A stretch of 64,000 bases of DNA, taken from assembly GCA_030704615.1 (NCBI GenBank), contig CM060731.1:52018001-52082000 (forward strand), read 5' to 3'. Positions 1-12,902 of this stretch are shown in pieces (positions within the stretch are counted from its first letter, which is position 1; each line of letters begins with the position of its first letter). This DNA is from Takakia lepidozioides (Eukaryota; Plantae; Bryophyta). The translations under genes and the position numbers were made by a program. Below the pieces are notes generated by a model that saw only the letters and a list, made by a program, of their open reading frames with translations, had not been told where the DNA came from and made no database searches.

Positions 1-153
1 AATTCTCTCGTATATGCCTGGGTTTCTTTCAAGCTTCAATGCACCCTTGGTTATACTTGAAGTCTCCGTTACCATAACCATATGGCAAATAAGTCTGAAA
101 AGCTGTTCTTGGTGTGAGTTTGATCCACAAAATATCCTTTGGAATCCAATTCT

Positions 154-552
154 TTACCAGTACAAGTCTTCATGCATATGAGTATAAACATTCACCTTTC
201 TTTCTTCCCAGCCTTCAAACTCTACTCGCTTAATGGATAACAATGCTATCACATAAACCAATGTTGGTAACCAACGTGCTCTTCCTCTACAGGCTACCTG
301 ATAAATCTTTATCACTCCTTTCTCCAGACCCCATTCCGGATCAGCATCATGCACTCGCTTAAGAATATTTTCTTTACAACCGTCTGGCAATTCCAAGAAC
401 CTTTGAAAGAATTGTTTGGACAATCTTTCTTCCTTCGTTCCATAGGGAATTTGATTCACTTCAAATTCTTTAATGGTCCAACCACCATGATCCCACCAGA
501 TGCCTGTCACATCTGGTTGTTCATGACTCAGTTCCCCAGTATGGTCGCCCAA
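154..552 (-). CDS. G1 small 5'-region ORF upstream of gag, unknown function
   Basis: The peptide VYVIALLSIKRVEFEGWEERKVNVYTHMHE recurs in the + strand ORF 22329-22625. Confidence 0.5.
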   Translation of the reverse strand: MGDHTGELSHEQPDVTGIWWDHGGWTIKEFEVNQIPYGTKEERLSKQFFQRFLELPDGCKENILKRVHDADPEWGLEKGVIKIYQVACRGRARWLPTLVYVIALLSIKRVEFEGWEERKVNVYTHMHEDLYW

Positions 553-553
553 A
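533..553 (-). promoter_or_regulatory. G1 primer-binding site (TTTGGGCGACCATACTGGGGA on minus strand)
   Basis: Abuts the LTR end and has the TGG...GGGGA form of non-Met tRNA PBSs in plant non-chromovirus Gypsy elements. The tRNA identity was not determined. Confidence 0.65.
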
Positions 554-1535
554 TGTCGCGCGGCTTTTACTCACCCATCCCTTCGCTATCCGAGGCGGAA
601 ACTCCAAGATAGAAGAGTTGGAAATCTCTAAGTACTCAGCCCGCTCAGAACAATCAGTCATGACCTACAGCTAGTGTATCATGGGGGTGTTTCCTATTTG
701 TTTCCCTTTCCACATTCATGTTAGCTACCTTACATTGATAATTAAGTATCAGTTTGCTTCATCAATCTATCGGATTCCTTCAACTCCTCCATTCATTCCA
801 CAGCTTCACTCAGATCTCTCTACACAGTGTGATTGTATCGTTTAAGTATCATATTATGATTTATCAGGTATCAGGCCGAAGCCATTGTGTCTCTAATCTG
901 CTCTACAATATCACTACAGCTTTGCATATAACAAGCATCTACTAATCATCTCTCCTCTTTCACCGTGCTCTCCATGCTTGCTCTCCGCCCGATCCGCTCT
1001 CCTCCATGACCAAGAAGTCCTCCCCGTGAAGTGCTTCCATCAAAATCCCCCCTTCTCAGTCCTTGCTTCTCCCTTTATCTTCCTACCCGTGGCTCTAACC
1101 GTTTCCCTCACTAACCGTCGTCCGTGAACTAACATGTTCCATTTGCAGGTGTTGTTTCCCACAGTCGTTCCCTGTCCTGCTCTCCGTTCCCTATGGTCGT
1201 GACAGCTGTGTCAAGCTGTGACTGGCTGTGTGAAACTGTGACGGGCTGTGACTGGCTGTGTCGGGTTGTGACTGGCTGTGTGGCTGTGTCGGCTGTGATG
1301 GACTGTGTTGGCTGTGATGGCTGTGTCGGGCTGTGACGAGCTGTGCTGACTGTGTCTGGCTGTGTTGGCTGTGACGACTGTGACGGGCTGTGTTGGACTG
1401 TGACGGACTGTGTAACCCCCCTCTACAGTGCGCTGCTGTCATCCCTAAGGCTCCTATTGGTCTCAGTCTGTGCAAAAATTAAGGGTACCCTACAGATCCC
1501 GTATAAGTGTCTAAGTCCCAGACAGTCCTCTAACA
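554..1535 (-). repeat. G1 5' LTR (~980 bp)
   Basis: TG...CA ends; three homologous copies in the window; contains a degenerate (GGCTGTGA/T)n tract at ~1195-1410. Confidence 0.92.
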
Positions 1536-4524
1536 TCCCCCCCAACACCTGCATGCTTGACTGTGCGTCATGTTGGTTTTGTGTGGGCGCTTGCTTTCAT
1601 AGGGATTAGGCCGGATTTGATCACCGGTCAATCCTAGAGTATGCTGTCGGTGGTGTGTCTGGAGTGATGACCAGCAAGACCACCAGTGTTTCTTCTGTGG
1701 TGAGACTGGGTTGATGACCAGCCAACCATAGGAGTTCTTGCGGTGGATGTAGGTGCAGGTGCCCTGCGCCACTGGGATATGACCCTTAAACTGCAACAGG
1801 TGCCCACCCGTGTCACTATTAGAATTAGTACTATAGTGTCACGTGGGGGAGGTGCACGTTGTTAGTGTCATCACGGAGTTACCCAAGGGTTTTGAGAGGG
1901 GTACGGCTACAGGCAGTAGCAGTGAGACTGGGTTCACCAGACGAGGTGTTCGTTTCAGATCACCTTCACCTCCACCCTCAACTAGTGCAAAGTTAGACAC
2001 AGACTCGGAGGCTTCATCAACAGGTGTGTAGTTTCATTTGCCATTGTTGTGGGACGACATGGAGGAGATGTATGGAGCTACCAAGGGGCCTCGTAGGTAC
2101 TCTAGAGCTGTGGGCACAATCGAGTTGGATGACTTTATCCAGGAGTTCGACAGCTGGTGTGATTTGCAGCAGATGCGCAATCCACAGCTATTCACCCCAT
2201 TCATGGCGTGGAAGGGACTGTTCCAGCATTTGGAAGGCCCGCCTATGGACTATTACCACGAGTTCAGGCGAGGACATGAAGCAAAGATTGAGGAGTGGAG
2301 GATGTATTGGTCACCTGACTACGTCTCCATTACTCGAGGCACGACGCGACCAGTAGCTGCATCAGTACCAATATCTCCCACTACCAGCACTAGTAGTCGA
2401 ACAAGTAGTGCCGGTACTTCTGCAGGTGGTACCAGTTCAAAAGGTGCTACTACTCCTCCTGCCACGACTACAACACATGTGCCTAGATTCAACCCGGTGG
2501 TGGAGTTCTTCCAGGAGTTGTGGAGGAACTACCAAGGTGTACGGACAGAGAAGCTGCGAAGTTTGCAAGACTTCCAGCGCAAACCCAGTGAGAGCTTGCG
2601 AGAGGCCTACACTCGTATGAGGCGCTTGATAAGTGTGACCCAAGGGGTACTGAAGCTCAGGCAATCCAGTTCTGGTATGGAATTTTGGACAAGGAGCTCA
2701 GGAGAAGGGTGCGGGATGCAACCCTGTTACAAGCAGCCCAACCCACATAGCAGAGTGTGTTTCTGCTGGCTGAGCGGATTGAGCTCAACATGGTGGAGGA
2801 GCGAGTTGTTACCATTGGGTTTGGCAAGGACATGCCTGCACGAGGTGTAGCTGCCAGCCCACAGGCACAAGGGACTGCCCAACAGCGTGGTCAGGGGGGC
2901 AAGGTTTCCAACCCAAGTTCCATGGAGCTTACAGGGGACCTCAGGTGCAGAGGCCCGTGGCATCTTTTGCAGGCCAACAGCAACCAGGGGTGATATGTTG
3001 GACATGTGGAGGACCCCATGTCAAGAAAGATTGCCCAGAGAGTGGCAAAAGGCCGGCACAAACACAGCCTGCACAGTTGCAGTGTGGGCATTGTGGCAAG
3101 TATGGGCATGGAGATGCCCAGTGTTATGACTTGCATCCTGAGTTGCGCCCAGGCCAGTTCCAAGGAACAATGGTGGCCGGGGGCGAGGTGGACCAGCCCA
3201 GAGAGGACGAGGTGGTCGGGCACGAGGTGCAGGCCAAGGACAAGCTCAACATGGCCGGACGCGGAGGTCAGGGTGTTGACCAAGGCATGGCCAACCGGCT
3301 TCAGCAGCTAGAGCAGAGGCTCGCTGCCATGGCTACAGCTCAGGCGGTACCGGCTCCCAGGCGGGATGGTCCACCTCCTACTCCTGAGGGAGGAGATATG
3401 ATAGGCATGGGATTCATGTGCGGAGCAGCACTACCACTAGAGCAAGTGGAGTCTGCTGCAACCGTGACTCGAGGAGCAGCACGAGTTCCTGAGCCACGAG
3501 GTGCAGAGGTGGAGTTGGATCCACAACGTGGGGAGACAAGCCGTCAGGCGAGGCTGCCTCAGTCATTCACCTTGGCGGAGACAGTATCAACGCCATCCAT
3601 GGCACCTAGTTCTCGCCCGACTGTTACCGAGGCGGAGGTTTCTATGCCACTGGGGAGAGCTACACGTGCAGCACTGACATCTGCTGCCCGGTGTGTTGTT
3701 GGGGGCAGCCACCTCTGTGTGTCAAGCCCCACTGTTCTCGGCAACCATGATTGCGACGCCGGGGGTAAGACCAGCTGCAGTGTTCAGACTAGCAGCAACA
3801 CTCTGTGAGAGTGGGGAGGTCACTTCATCTTCTGCGGAGTTACTGGAAGGTGTAGTGGCAGAGGGATCCTCAGATTTGAGGGTCAAGACTGCCACGGCTG
3901 CGCCATGGCAAGATGCAGCTGCCAGGTTGACGGAGCTGCCAGCTAGGCCAGCCTTTGAGCGCGCCATGGTGACACCTGGAGTTGTCTTGTTAGACAACCA
4001 GGATGACATTTTGTCTTTGAGTGGACCGGCAGGCAAGAAGTACCGACCACTGCGGGTCTTGTTGGACTCGGGAGCTCAGCCACTGATGTTGGGCAGAGCT
4101 GCTATTGCAGGTTTGGGCCTCATGGAGGCGGATATGGAGCCTTGTCCTTTCCAGATACAGACATCTCTGGGAGGATCAGAGCAGGCTTGGGGCATGACAC
4201 GGCATCAGTTGGCCATTAGACTGCAGCCGGATCATCCTATCGATGGTTCAGTAATGCGAGCCAAGGCCATTGTGACAGACGCGGTCTCTTACGATGTCCT
4301 CGTTGGTGGGGCAGTGTTATACCCCATGGGCTTCACCCTGGACTTTTGGGAGGAGTCAGCATTCTACAGGCCTGGATGGCAGTCAGGGGATGGTCGTCGT
4401 GCACAGCTCCCTGTGATATTCATTGGGGGTATTGCGGCTGCCCAACGGGGGGCGGCAAGATGCCAACACTAGCCGCCTTTACAGCTGCAGTTAGTTGGCC
4501 TGGAGAGTTGCTGGAAGGCAATGC
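1536..4524 (+). mobile_element. Ty3/Gypsy family G2, copy 1 fragment (leader end, gag, protease), cut on both sides by G1 LTRs
   Basis: Highly similar to ~47115-50108; it stops at GGCAATGC just upstream of the DNMT domain, where a G1 LTR begins. Confidence 0.92.
2059..4524 (+). pseudogene. gag: G2 gag (two CCHC-type zinc knuckles) and aspartic protease, frameshifted and truncated
   Basis: ORFs 2038-2850, 2945-3808 and 3693-4472 contain CWTCGGPHVKKDC, CGHCGKYGHGDAQC and VLLDSGAQ. Confidence 0.88.
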
Positions 4525-5553
4525 TGTCGCGCGGCTTTTACTCACCCATCCCTTCGCTATCCGAGGCGGAAACTCCAAGATAGAAGAGTTGGAAATCTCT
4601 AAGTACTCAGCCCGCTCAGAACAATCAGTCATGACCTACAGCTAGTGTATCATAGGGGTGTTTCCTATTTGTTTTCCTTCCCGCATTCATGTTAGCTAGT
4701 TACCTTACTGCTGGTAATTAAGTATCAGTTTGCTTCATCAATTTATCGGATTCCATCAACTCATCCATTCATTCCACAGCTTCACTCAGATCTCTCTACA
4801 CAGTGTGAATATGAAGTGTGCATCAGATTAATATCTATCAAGTATCAGGCTGAAGCCATGGAGTCTCAAATCTGCTCTACATTACAATTCTACTGCCTGC
4901 ATTCATTAAGCATCAACAGATCCTCCTCCTACTCCGTGCTCTCCATCTTTCTGCTCAGAGATACGCTCTCTCTTCCTTTCCCCCAGTGATGTCCGAAGTC
5001 TCCCCCAGAAGTGCTCCTTCCTCTCCTTCCAGCAGTGATTCCCCCCGAAGTGCTCCAAAAAATAATCCCCCTTTTAGTCCTTGCTCCTAGCTTTATCTTC
5101 CTACCCGTTGTTCTAACCGTTTTCCTCACTAACCGTCGTCCGTGAACTAACATGTTCCATTCGCAGGTGTTGTTCCCCACAGTCGTTCCCTGTCCTGCTA
5201 TCCGTTCCCTATGGTCGTGACAGCTGTGTCAAGCTGTGACTGGCTGTGTGAAACTGTGACGGGCTGTGACGGGCTATGTCGGGTTGTGACTGGCTGTGCG
5301 ACTGTGTTTGGCTGTGTCGGGCTGTGACTGGTTGTGTGGCTGTGTTGGTTGTGATGGGCTGTGTCGGGCTGTGACGAGCTGTGTTGACTGTGTCTAGTTG
5401 TGTTGGCTGTGTTGGCTGTGACGGGCTGTGTAACCCCCCCCTAAAGTGCGCTGCTGTCACCCCTAAGGCTCCTGTTGGTCTCAGTCTGTGCAAAAATTAA
5501 GGGTACCCCACAGATTCCGTATAAGTGTCTAAGTCCCAGACAGTCCTCTAACA
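4525..5553 (-). repeat. G1 3' LTR
   Basis: TGTCGCG...CTCTAACA, homologous to 554-1535, preceded on the minus strand by a purine tract. Confidence 0.92.
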
Positions 5554-5570
5554 TTACCCCTTCCCCTCTC
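5554..5570 (-). promoter_or_regulatory. G1 polypurine tract (GAGAGGGGAAGGGGTAA)
   Basis: Purine run directly 5' of the 3' LTR; equivalent tract at 24262-24279. Confidence 0.85.
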
Positions 5571-5584
5571 AAAAAGCCGTGTCC

Positions 5585-8500
5585 TCACGGTTTACTGATT
5601 GGGATTAGCAAACCTTTGTGAGCGAGCACCTTTCTGACGTTGAGAGTTTTGTGGCGGACTGTGTGTACGAGCCCACTGGTTGACGGAGATGATTGAACAC
5701 TACTTGGATATGTGAGGCCTTCTGGAGGCTGATATCGAGGTAACCTTTCAGGCATAGGAGACCCCCGTCGCTTCTTTTCTGCCATCTGAATTGCATAGTC
5801 TTCTCCCATGTCAAAAGAGTCCGCTGAAGAAACAGTTGTATCAGAATCCTCCTCGCCTCTCAGGTGTTTTAATTGTCGAACTTTTTGTGGAATCCTCTGG
5901 GGCATACAATGTTGTCCTACCATGTCTGGAAGTTTATATTTTAAAACTTGCTGTAAACGCTGAATGGCAAAATTGGTGAAGACCCTGAGCTCCTTTTCTG
6001 TCCAGGTGAGTGGGGTACCAATGACTTGGGAATTGTGCAAGTATTTCCATGCCACATGTCCCTTATAGAAAATATCATCAATGCCGAATTTCTGTGTTGA
6101 CAAATTGTTCCAGGCCGCATGAAACCATGAACGAATTTGAGAATCCTTTTGTATCATAACTTTTGCCTCATATAGGTACATATGAGGTGGCACTGAAGGT
6201 AAGACCCAATGATCCCCACTGGAATAACTCAGAAAGCGCGATTGCATCTTGTGCTGCTCAATGTGATAACGTACCAGAAAACAAGCAGCGTAGTATAACC
6301 CGCATCCCATGACAATACTTGCTACCTTCTTAGTCTTGGTATAAATGAATCCATGTACAACTTGGAAAGCAATTAATTCCTTCAACATGGTACCTGCCTC
6401 ATGCCAGTACTGTGCAAAGTGATGATCCTCAATTGGTCGATTGTTCGGAAGAACTTTAGTCCTAGTTGCCACTGGCAGCCATATGCGCATGATTTGATAG
6501 TAATGTGCGAATGACTACGGAGGACTAAATTCTTTTCAAACCAAATCCAACACAATGGGAATTTGGTTGAAGGGCATAATCATAGCCCTACTGTACTCCC
6601 TTGCAGCTGGAGTTTTTGGTGGGTTAAAAGCAGCATTGCCCCATACGTCAGGCTGTGGTGGCTGTGGTGTGGCTGTAGTAACAACAGGGTCAGCTACAGG
6701 CACAGTGAGTTGTTGTGGTGTTGATGGCACTGGCTCTTGTATCATTGGCATCTCCTACACCTGCTGTGAAGAAGATTGAAAAGCCAAAGTTCTGGCTTGT
6801 AAATAAGAAGCCATTAGCTGTTCCTCAGGTATATAGACTCTTTTGTCGATATCTGAAGTTAGGTCCTCCACTTGAGTCTGCAGTCCGTCTACATCCTCCT
6901 GTAACTCTGCTATCCTACTATAGACATTGTCTATAGTAGTTGTGGCAATGTTTTGCACTTGCAGTCTGAGCTCATTCATCTCGCTTTGGGTGAGCTTTCG
7001 TGGTGCTTTGCCCTCCACTGGCCCTTGTGCTAACCAGACCTGCATAAGGTGGTTATCCACCAAGTTGCTTGTGGTTCCTCTGAGAGTGTGCTCCTCTCTG
7101 AGTTTGTACACATCTAACTGCTGTTGTAAAGTTTCCATGTGCTTCGCATGAGGTTCAACCAAATTCGCATAAGCAGCAAGCAGATTATTGGCTTCCTTCC
7201 AAGCCTTGTTAGTGACCGAGATTTCATTTCTATTGGCCATGACCGTTTGTTGCAACTCCAGGATGTGCTTCTCTTGGTCAGCTTCAACCTGCCTGTATTG
7301 CTTGAAAGTATCCTCATTGCGACAAATTGTATGATTCATATCGACAATGAGTTTCATTTGCTCAACATTCTCTTCCTCTGCCTTCGTACATTTTTCTGCT
7401 TGACTGTTTATTTCTTTTGTAGATTGGTCAAGCATAGTTGTGAGTGTAGCACATTGTATGGCCATCCTGTCATGCACTGTCTGCAATTCCATATGTAGTG
7501 CATTCACTTCTTGCAACTTGCTTTCATGCTTCACCTGCATTTGGTATAGCTGTTGCTTATGTGCTTCGTGCAAGTGTTCTTGTGCGAGGGCTGCCTCAAT
7601 CAATTGTTCCTTGGCCAATTGCAAAGCCGCTTCTGTACTCTCCAAGTTTTGCTGCATTTTGAGAGTGACCTCTTCATTGACCTTGTTTGCACACTCTGTA
7701 GCAAGTCGAGCCTCAAACTCTTTCCTGAGTTCCTCCCTCAAAGCTGCCAATTGAGTAGTGGGAACATGGGATTTGACATAAGTACCCAACAAATTCAATG
7801 TCCTGCTTATGGAACTCATAAGCATAGCCTATTGAGGGTCATCATGGTGAGGTTGCTGTTGTTCTCCCTGATCCTCAACAGTGTGATGCCTTACGAACCA
7901 TTCAGGCCATTGCCCCACCAGATTTTCTTCCTGAACCACTTCATCCGTCACTGGTGCTGCAGTGTCTTGGCATTCTACCTGTGGTACCTCCGTCACAGGT
8001 GTGTGTATTATATGCACCGCAGGGTTCCCCTTGGACAACCGTTGCACCTCCGGAATCACTGTGTCCTTGACTATACCAGAATATTCATAGAGAAGGTCCC
8101 CCTTCTTAATTTCTGCCACCACCTATTCTGTAGTGGGAATATCTAACCCTTCTTTTTCTAAATCAATTATTTCTGGTTGAACTGCATGGACAACTTGTGG
8201 TAACCTTGTGACAAGCCGATCCTCTGGCTGTGATGGCTGTGATACTAAAGTAACTTCCTCTTCCCTCTCTGAAGGTCCTGCTTCAAGTAATAGTAGTTCT
8301 CTGTGCTGCTGTGCCCCTTCCTGCACAAAAACTTGGGAAACATTATTATACGGATTCCGTGAAGCCAGTGGATCCGCCACTACAGTCTTTCCCCGCCTCT
8401 GTCTCTTATTCTCGGGTTGCCCTGCCAGTCCACCCTCACTGTGTGAAGAGCCTTGCTCTTCCATTGCAGTGGTTTCTGGCTCAAACACTCCCATCTCCTT

Positions 8501-9355
8501 TCTTTCTCGCGCATCAAGTATGCCAGAATCAAGAATTATTTGAGCAACGATTGGGCCAGACACTATGATAGGAGACTTTGCGGCAGTACCCTGTAATCTT
8601 TTCATCTCCTCTACCAGTGCATTGTACATTATGTCCGCCCATTCTACCTCTTCTCCTCTCAGGGCTTTGAGTATTTCCTCTGTGAAGGATCTGCTCAAAT
8701 ACTGTTGGTTCTGTTTCATGGCAAACAGAACGTTCAATACCTGGCCTACCTCCTTTAGCCCTGGGTACACGGCCTTGGTACAAGCATAACCCTAAGTTTT
8801 AAAGAAACTCCCTTCTTGGAATAAGTCCCCTATTTGCAGTCTTGCCCTGTGCTCCTCCACATGCACCTGACCTGCTGGCAATCGAAACAATTGCTGTAGG
8901 TATAGGGGAGTAATTACTAATTCAACTCCCTTCACCGTTGTTGCTCCTGTCCTTGGCTCAAAGTTCTGCAAGAATTGTAACATGTACTGTCTATGGTGCA
9001 ATGTCCAATCTTTGCTTTGCAATCCTTGCAATCTCAGCTCCTTCAGTATCTGTATCGCATGTGGGGTAGCAATCGTTTGTTTCTGCAGAATTGTGGTGCT
9101 CTTCACCCTGATTTCCTCCATTCCTCTCACTCTCTTCATTCTAGACCCACAGAAATGTTTTGGCTGTAACAATTGAAGAAATGCCTGTAGTGCACAAAGC
9201 ATAAACGTATGGTTGCCACAAAAAGCTATGGGTAATTTCTTGTAAGCCTGCGGGGCTTGCAAGCATCGCTCAAGATAAAAGATCCGCTCTGTTGTTGCGT
9301 CCCTATGCCATTGCGTAAGTAATATTGCGAGCGTATAGTCTGTTAGTTCCTCCAT
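5585..9355 (-). pseudogene. G1 extra 3' ORF (~1,257 codons): plant-transposon-protein-like N-terminus, long coiled coil, conserved C-terminal domain; broken by 6 in-frame stops
   Basis: ORFs 8792-9823, 8123-8770, 7829-8122, 6755-7825, 6536-6751 and 5585-6490 all share one frame. The C-terminal part is also conserved in 24295-25192. Confidence 0.75.
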
Positions 9356-9849
9356 AGCTTCAAAGCTATAGCATTGATGGTTTGTCCCGTCGAGACGCCC
9401 GTTACTCAGAACGACGCCGACTCTTGCGCTTAATTTCCCTCCAATTTCTTGATCCCTTCTCTGGTTTTCTATTGGCTGTAACCGCTGTGACTGGATTTTA
9501 GATTTAATTTTCTTTAGTGGACTTTCCCTGCTGGACTGTCCACTAGGATAACACATGTGACAAGAATTTCGCTTTTCTGTACTTGCTGTTTGTTCTGTTG
9601 CCCCTTTTCTGTATTCATTAATGGGCCCGCCATTCATCCAATTTGACGCACTGATTAGGTATTTTGACCGCCATTCTTGTCCCCTTTCTTGATGACATCC
9701 GTTCTTGCACTTCCTTCTCAGCTGTGTGTTACGCCTTGACTTCCACGTGTCCCTTTGTAAACTGGCTTCCGTCCTTTCTTCCGCCGGCCATTTCACTAAA
9801 GTTATCCTGCGTCCATCTGTCACTGATTCTATGGATTGTGTAACCCTAG

Positions 9850-10060
9850 TAGGCTGTGTTAAGCTGTGATAGGTTGTGTCATACTGTGGTATGCCGTGAT
9901 AGGCTATGATACACTGTGGTAAGCTGTGATAGGTTGTGACACGCTGTGGTAAGCTGTGATAGGCTGTGATGCACTGTGCTGGGCTGTGATATGCTGTGTC
10001 GCGCCGTGATGGGCTGTGATAGGCTGTGTCGCTCCTTGATGGGCTGTGATAGGCTGTGTC
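9850..10060. repeat. Degenerate 10/20-bp periodic repeat (GGCTGTGAT/AGGCTGTGTC)
   Basis: Directly visible; same motif family as in the G1 LTRs and at 22795-22890. Confidence 0.85.
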
Positions 10061-10069
10061 TCGCTTGTT

Positions 10070-10818
10070 CTACCCACCCTTGTCATATATGCTCGGCCTA
10101 GCGACAAGTGCTCCATACTCCGTTGGTAACACTGGCGCAGCCCGTGACTGCTTTTGCGTTTCAACATGCAAATTATGCTGCAATGGTTTGTCATGGATAC
10201 CACTGTACCCCTTCAACTTGTTAGCATTGACTCTTCCCAGCATCTCTTTGTTAATGGTTTGTAACATGGCGGTGTTGTTATCATACATCTTTTGTATGAC
10301 ATAAGGTCCTTTCCATGGTGATTTAAGCTTAGAAGCTTTAATCTTTCCCTTCTTCTGCAAGCATAGAACCAAATCTCCCGTCTTAAAAGTCTTTAACTTG
10401 CCTTCATCAAACTGTTCTTTTCTCTTCATCTGAATTCTGGTCATATTATCAGCTGCATCAGCACGTACTTCTTCCACATGGTATAATTCATGTTTCATGA
10501 CTTTAATGGAATCTTGCAATTCCATTCTCTTTCCCCATTCTGTTCTCATGGTAGGTAATAGGAATTCCACTGGAAATAAGGCTTCCATACCATAAACTAA
10601 TTGGAATGGTGTATACTTAGTGGTGACTTTATATGAAGTCCTATATGACCACAAAGCTGTCAGCAGCTTTGTATCCCAATCCGTTCTGTTTGCATTGACT
10701 ATCTTAGCCAAGATAGTACATAGTATTTTGTTGGTAGTCTCTGCCTGCCCATTACCCTGTGGGTAATATGTTGTACTCCTCCTATGCACAATCATGAACT
10801 CTTTAGTCAACAATTCAA
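10070..10818 (-). pseudogene. pol: G1 integrase C-terminal half, separated from pol by MULE C
   Basis: ELLTKEFMIVHRRSTTYYPQGNGQAETTN...WKGPY joins in frame to FINETIELL at 17651 when C and one TSD are removed. Confidence 0.93.
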
Positions 10819-11209
10819 GGGGGTTGCTATTCCATGAGCTCATGAGCGGTGAGCTCATGAGCTCATGAGCGGGCATGGCTCACCCATAAGCCGCAAAGTA
10901 ACACACTTCGAATTTCGGCAGATTTTTTTCGGGCCCAAAACTATAAAATAATCAAAAATCGAAGATTTCCGCGCTCATGCTGGAAGCACTCCGCTCATGA
11001 GTACCAGTGTACGCTCATGACTTGGAGCCCAGGCTCATGGACCGCTAGGCCAGGTCATAGAAAAACTGAATTCTGGGCAATAACGACACCGAAATTATCC
11101 CAGAGGCAGAGACGCAAGCGGAATTAGGATCCGGGTTTGCAGACTCCGAAAACGCAATGGCGACCTATAACCGTGGATAGTACTGTTGCAGAAGTGCATG
11201 ATGGTTGGG

Positions 11210-11560
11210 TATAACGGCGCCGTAATTGGGCACAGGAAAAGAAATAGCCGGCCGAAGGCTCGGGAGTGAAGCCAACAACGGTGAAAGTAATTGGGCTCCG
11301 CCAACCAAATACCCGGCTGCATCCTCCGGAGTGCAGGCGATAACGGCGCCGAAATGGGCCCCGAAAATCAAATACTCGGTTGAAGCCACCGGAGTGCAAC
11401 CGATAACGGCGCCGAAATTGGGTCCGGAAACCAAATACCCGGCTGAAGGCTAGGGATTGCAACCAATAACGGCGCCGAAATTGACCTGCGGAAACAAAAT
11501 TCTCGGCTGAAGCTTCCGCACTCCATCCAATAACGGCGCCAAAATTGGGCTCCGGAGAGC
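11210..11560. repeat. ~62-bp subterminal tandem repeat with TAACGGCGCCGAAAT core
   Basis: About 5 diverged units are visible. Confidence 0.75.
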
Positions 11561-11787
11561 AAATACCCGCCTTACGGTAAGGGAGGCCTTGCTCTCATTT
11601 TGCTCTTCACTCTTCTCTGTTGTGCCCATCTCCTCCCTGCTTTGAGTTCGTGCTATGTCGTGAGGCCATGTCGTGCCCGAATCACATCTATCGACGCCAG
11701 ACGGGAGTCATTTTCCCGAAAGCAGACGACATCATTGTTTTCCTGGATGTTTATAGGGACGATCCTCGACTTGTCTAGCTGAGAGCA

Positions 11788-12219
11788 ATGGAGTTTCTTC
11801 CAGGATTGCACGATTCTCCTGGACCCCGGCTGGGGAGCAGGTGGTTCCTACGCATCATGGACCTGGACTTTCCGCATGAGTGGGAGCCGAACAGATCACG
11901 CACAGCGTTGCTGTATCGCTGGAATTGTTGCGAGTGGACGTATGATGAGTGCATAGGTGAAAACTTTACGCGTGGACGGACTGGCTCGGAAAGTGGGGAC
12001 ATTCTCTTCAGTTATGAGGATGAGGAGGAGGGGAACACAGGGCCCACTGTGAAAATGTCCTTCTACCAAGGGGGCGCTATCGATAAACACGACATCCTCG
12101 TTAGTTTCAACCGGGCGACAGAAACCACTGACATTTTGTTCAAATATAGGCACCCGGTCACTCAGGAGGTCCTTGAGAGGCCAGTTAGAGTTCCTTCTTC
12201 TTGGGCGAGGGGACCATAG
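11788..12219 (+). CDS. Element C cargo ORF, 143 aa, unknown function
   Basis: Uninterrupted ATG ORF with globular-looking composition; no motif recognised. Confidence 0.4.
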   Translation: MEFLPGLHDSPGPRLGSRWFLRIMDLDFPHEWEPNRSRTALLYRWNCCEWTYDECIGENFTRGRTGSESGDILFSYEDEEEGNTGPTVKMSFYQGGAIDKHDILVSFNRATETTDILFKYRHPVTQEVLERPVRVPSSWARGP

Positions 12220-12902
12220 GTCTTGCATGCTAGAGTAGACATGTTTCGACTCGCCGACACTCATGGCACATACATTTTCATTCAGAAATCAAGCAGCTCC
12301 CCTGTGCCATATGGGGAATATACATGCTTGGATAATCTTCTGTTAAGGTTTTTTGCAGTTCACTGCCAGTATGCTGGGACGTGTCCTTTGTCGTATGGAT
12401 TGCTGTTTGCACAAAGTGCAGTATGCAAATGCTGGAATGTGCAGTAGGACCCTTCCCACTGGGACACAGAACTAGCAATCTTGTAAAGACATTACATTTG
12501 CAGAACAGTAACAATGTATTTGTAGCAAATTGAAGTCTTCTCATAGAGGTGGACGAAAACGCCAGGATGGGCTGCGAAATCACTACAAATTGAATGAAGA
12601 GCAGTAACAAGGAAGCACTATGCAGTACATAGACCATAAACGGCGCTGAAATAGGCCTCAATGCCCGTTAATCTCCACACAATGTATGCTTTACTCGGAT
12701 CCATTTGTAGACAACCAAAATAAAAAAAGCATGCGCATGCCATTCATGGCCAAAAACCACATTCTCATGTATTGCGGCACCAAAATTCACATGTAGCCAT
12801 GGCGATGCGGCACCACCAAGTGTATAATTCCTCCAAAAAAAATAGGGTGCAAGAAGATGAATGTAATATAATTGCCACTTTCTCCTTCCCGAATGTGGAA
12901 TG

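Larger units (their letters stand above)
1..1535 (-). mobile_element. Ty3/Gypsy family G1, copy 1: 5' LTR plus 5' internal region, running off the left window edge
   Basis: LTR 554-1535 (TGTCGCG...CTCTAACA) homologous to 4525-5553 and 23342-24261. A PBS-like sequence lies directly inside it on the minus strand. The right flank is G2 sequence. Confidence 0.9.

Noticed and set aside
1191-1475. His/Ser/Gln-rich ORFs in the LTRs (also 5209-5493, 9904-10203)
   Set aside because: Translations of the degenerate GCTGT repeat.
6755-7825. Host myosin/SMC-like coiled-coil gene or env gene
   Set aside because: It is an in-frame part of the G1 extra ORF inside the element; no motor domain or clear transmembrane segment.
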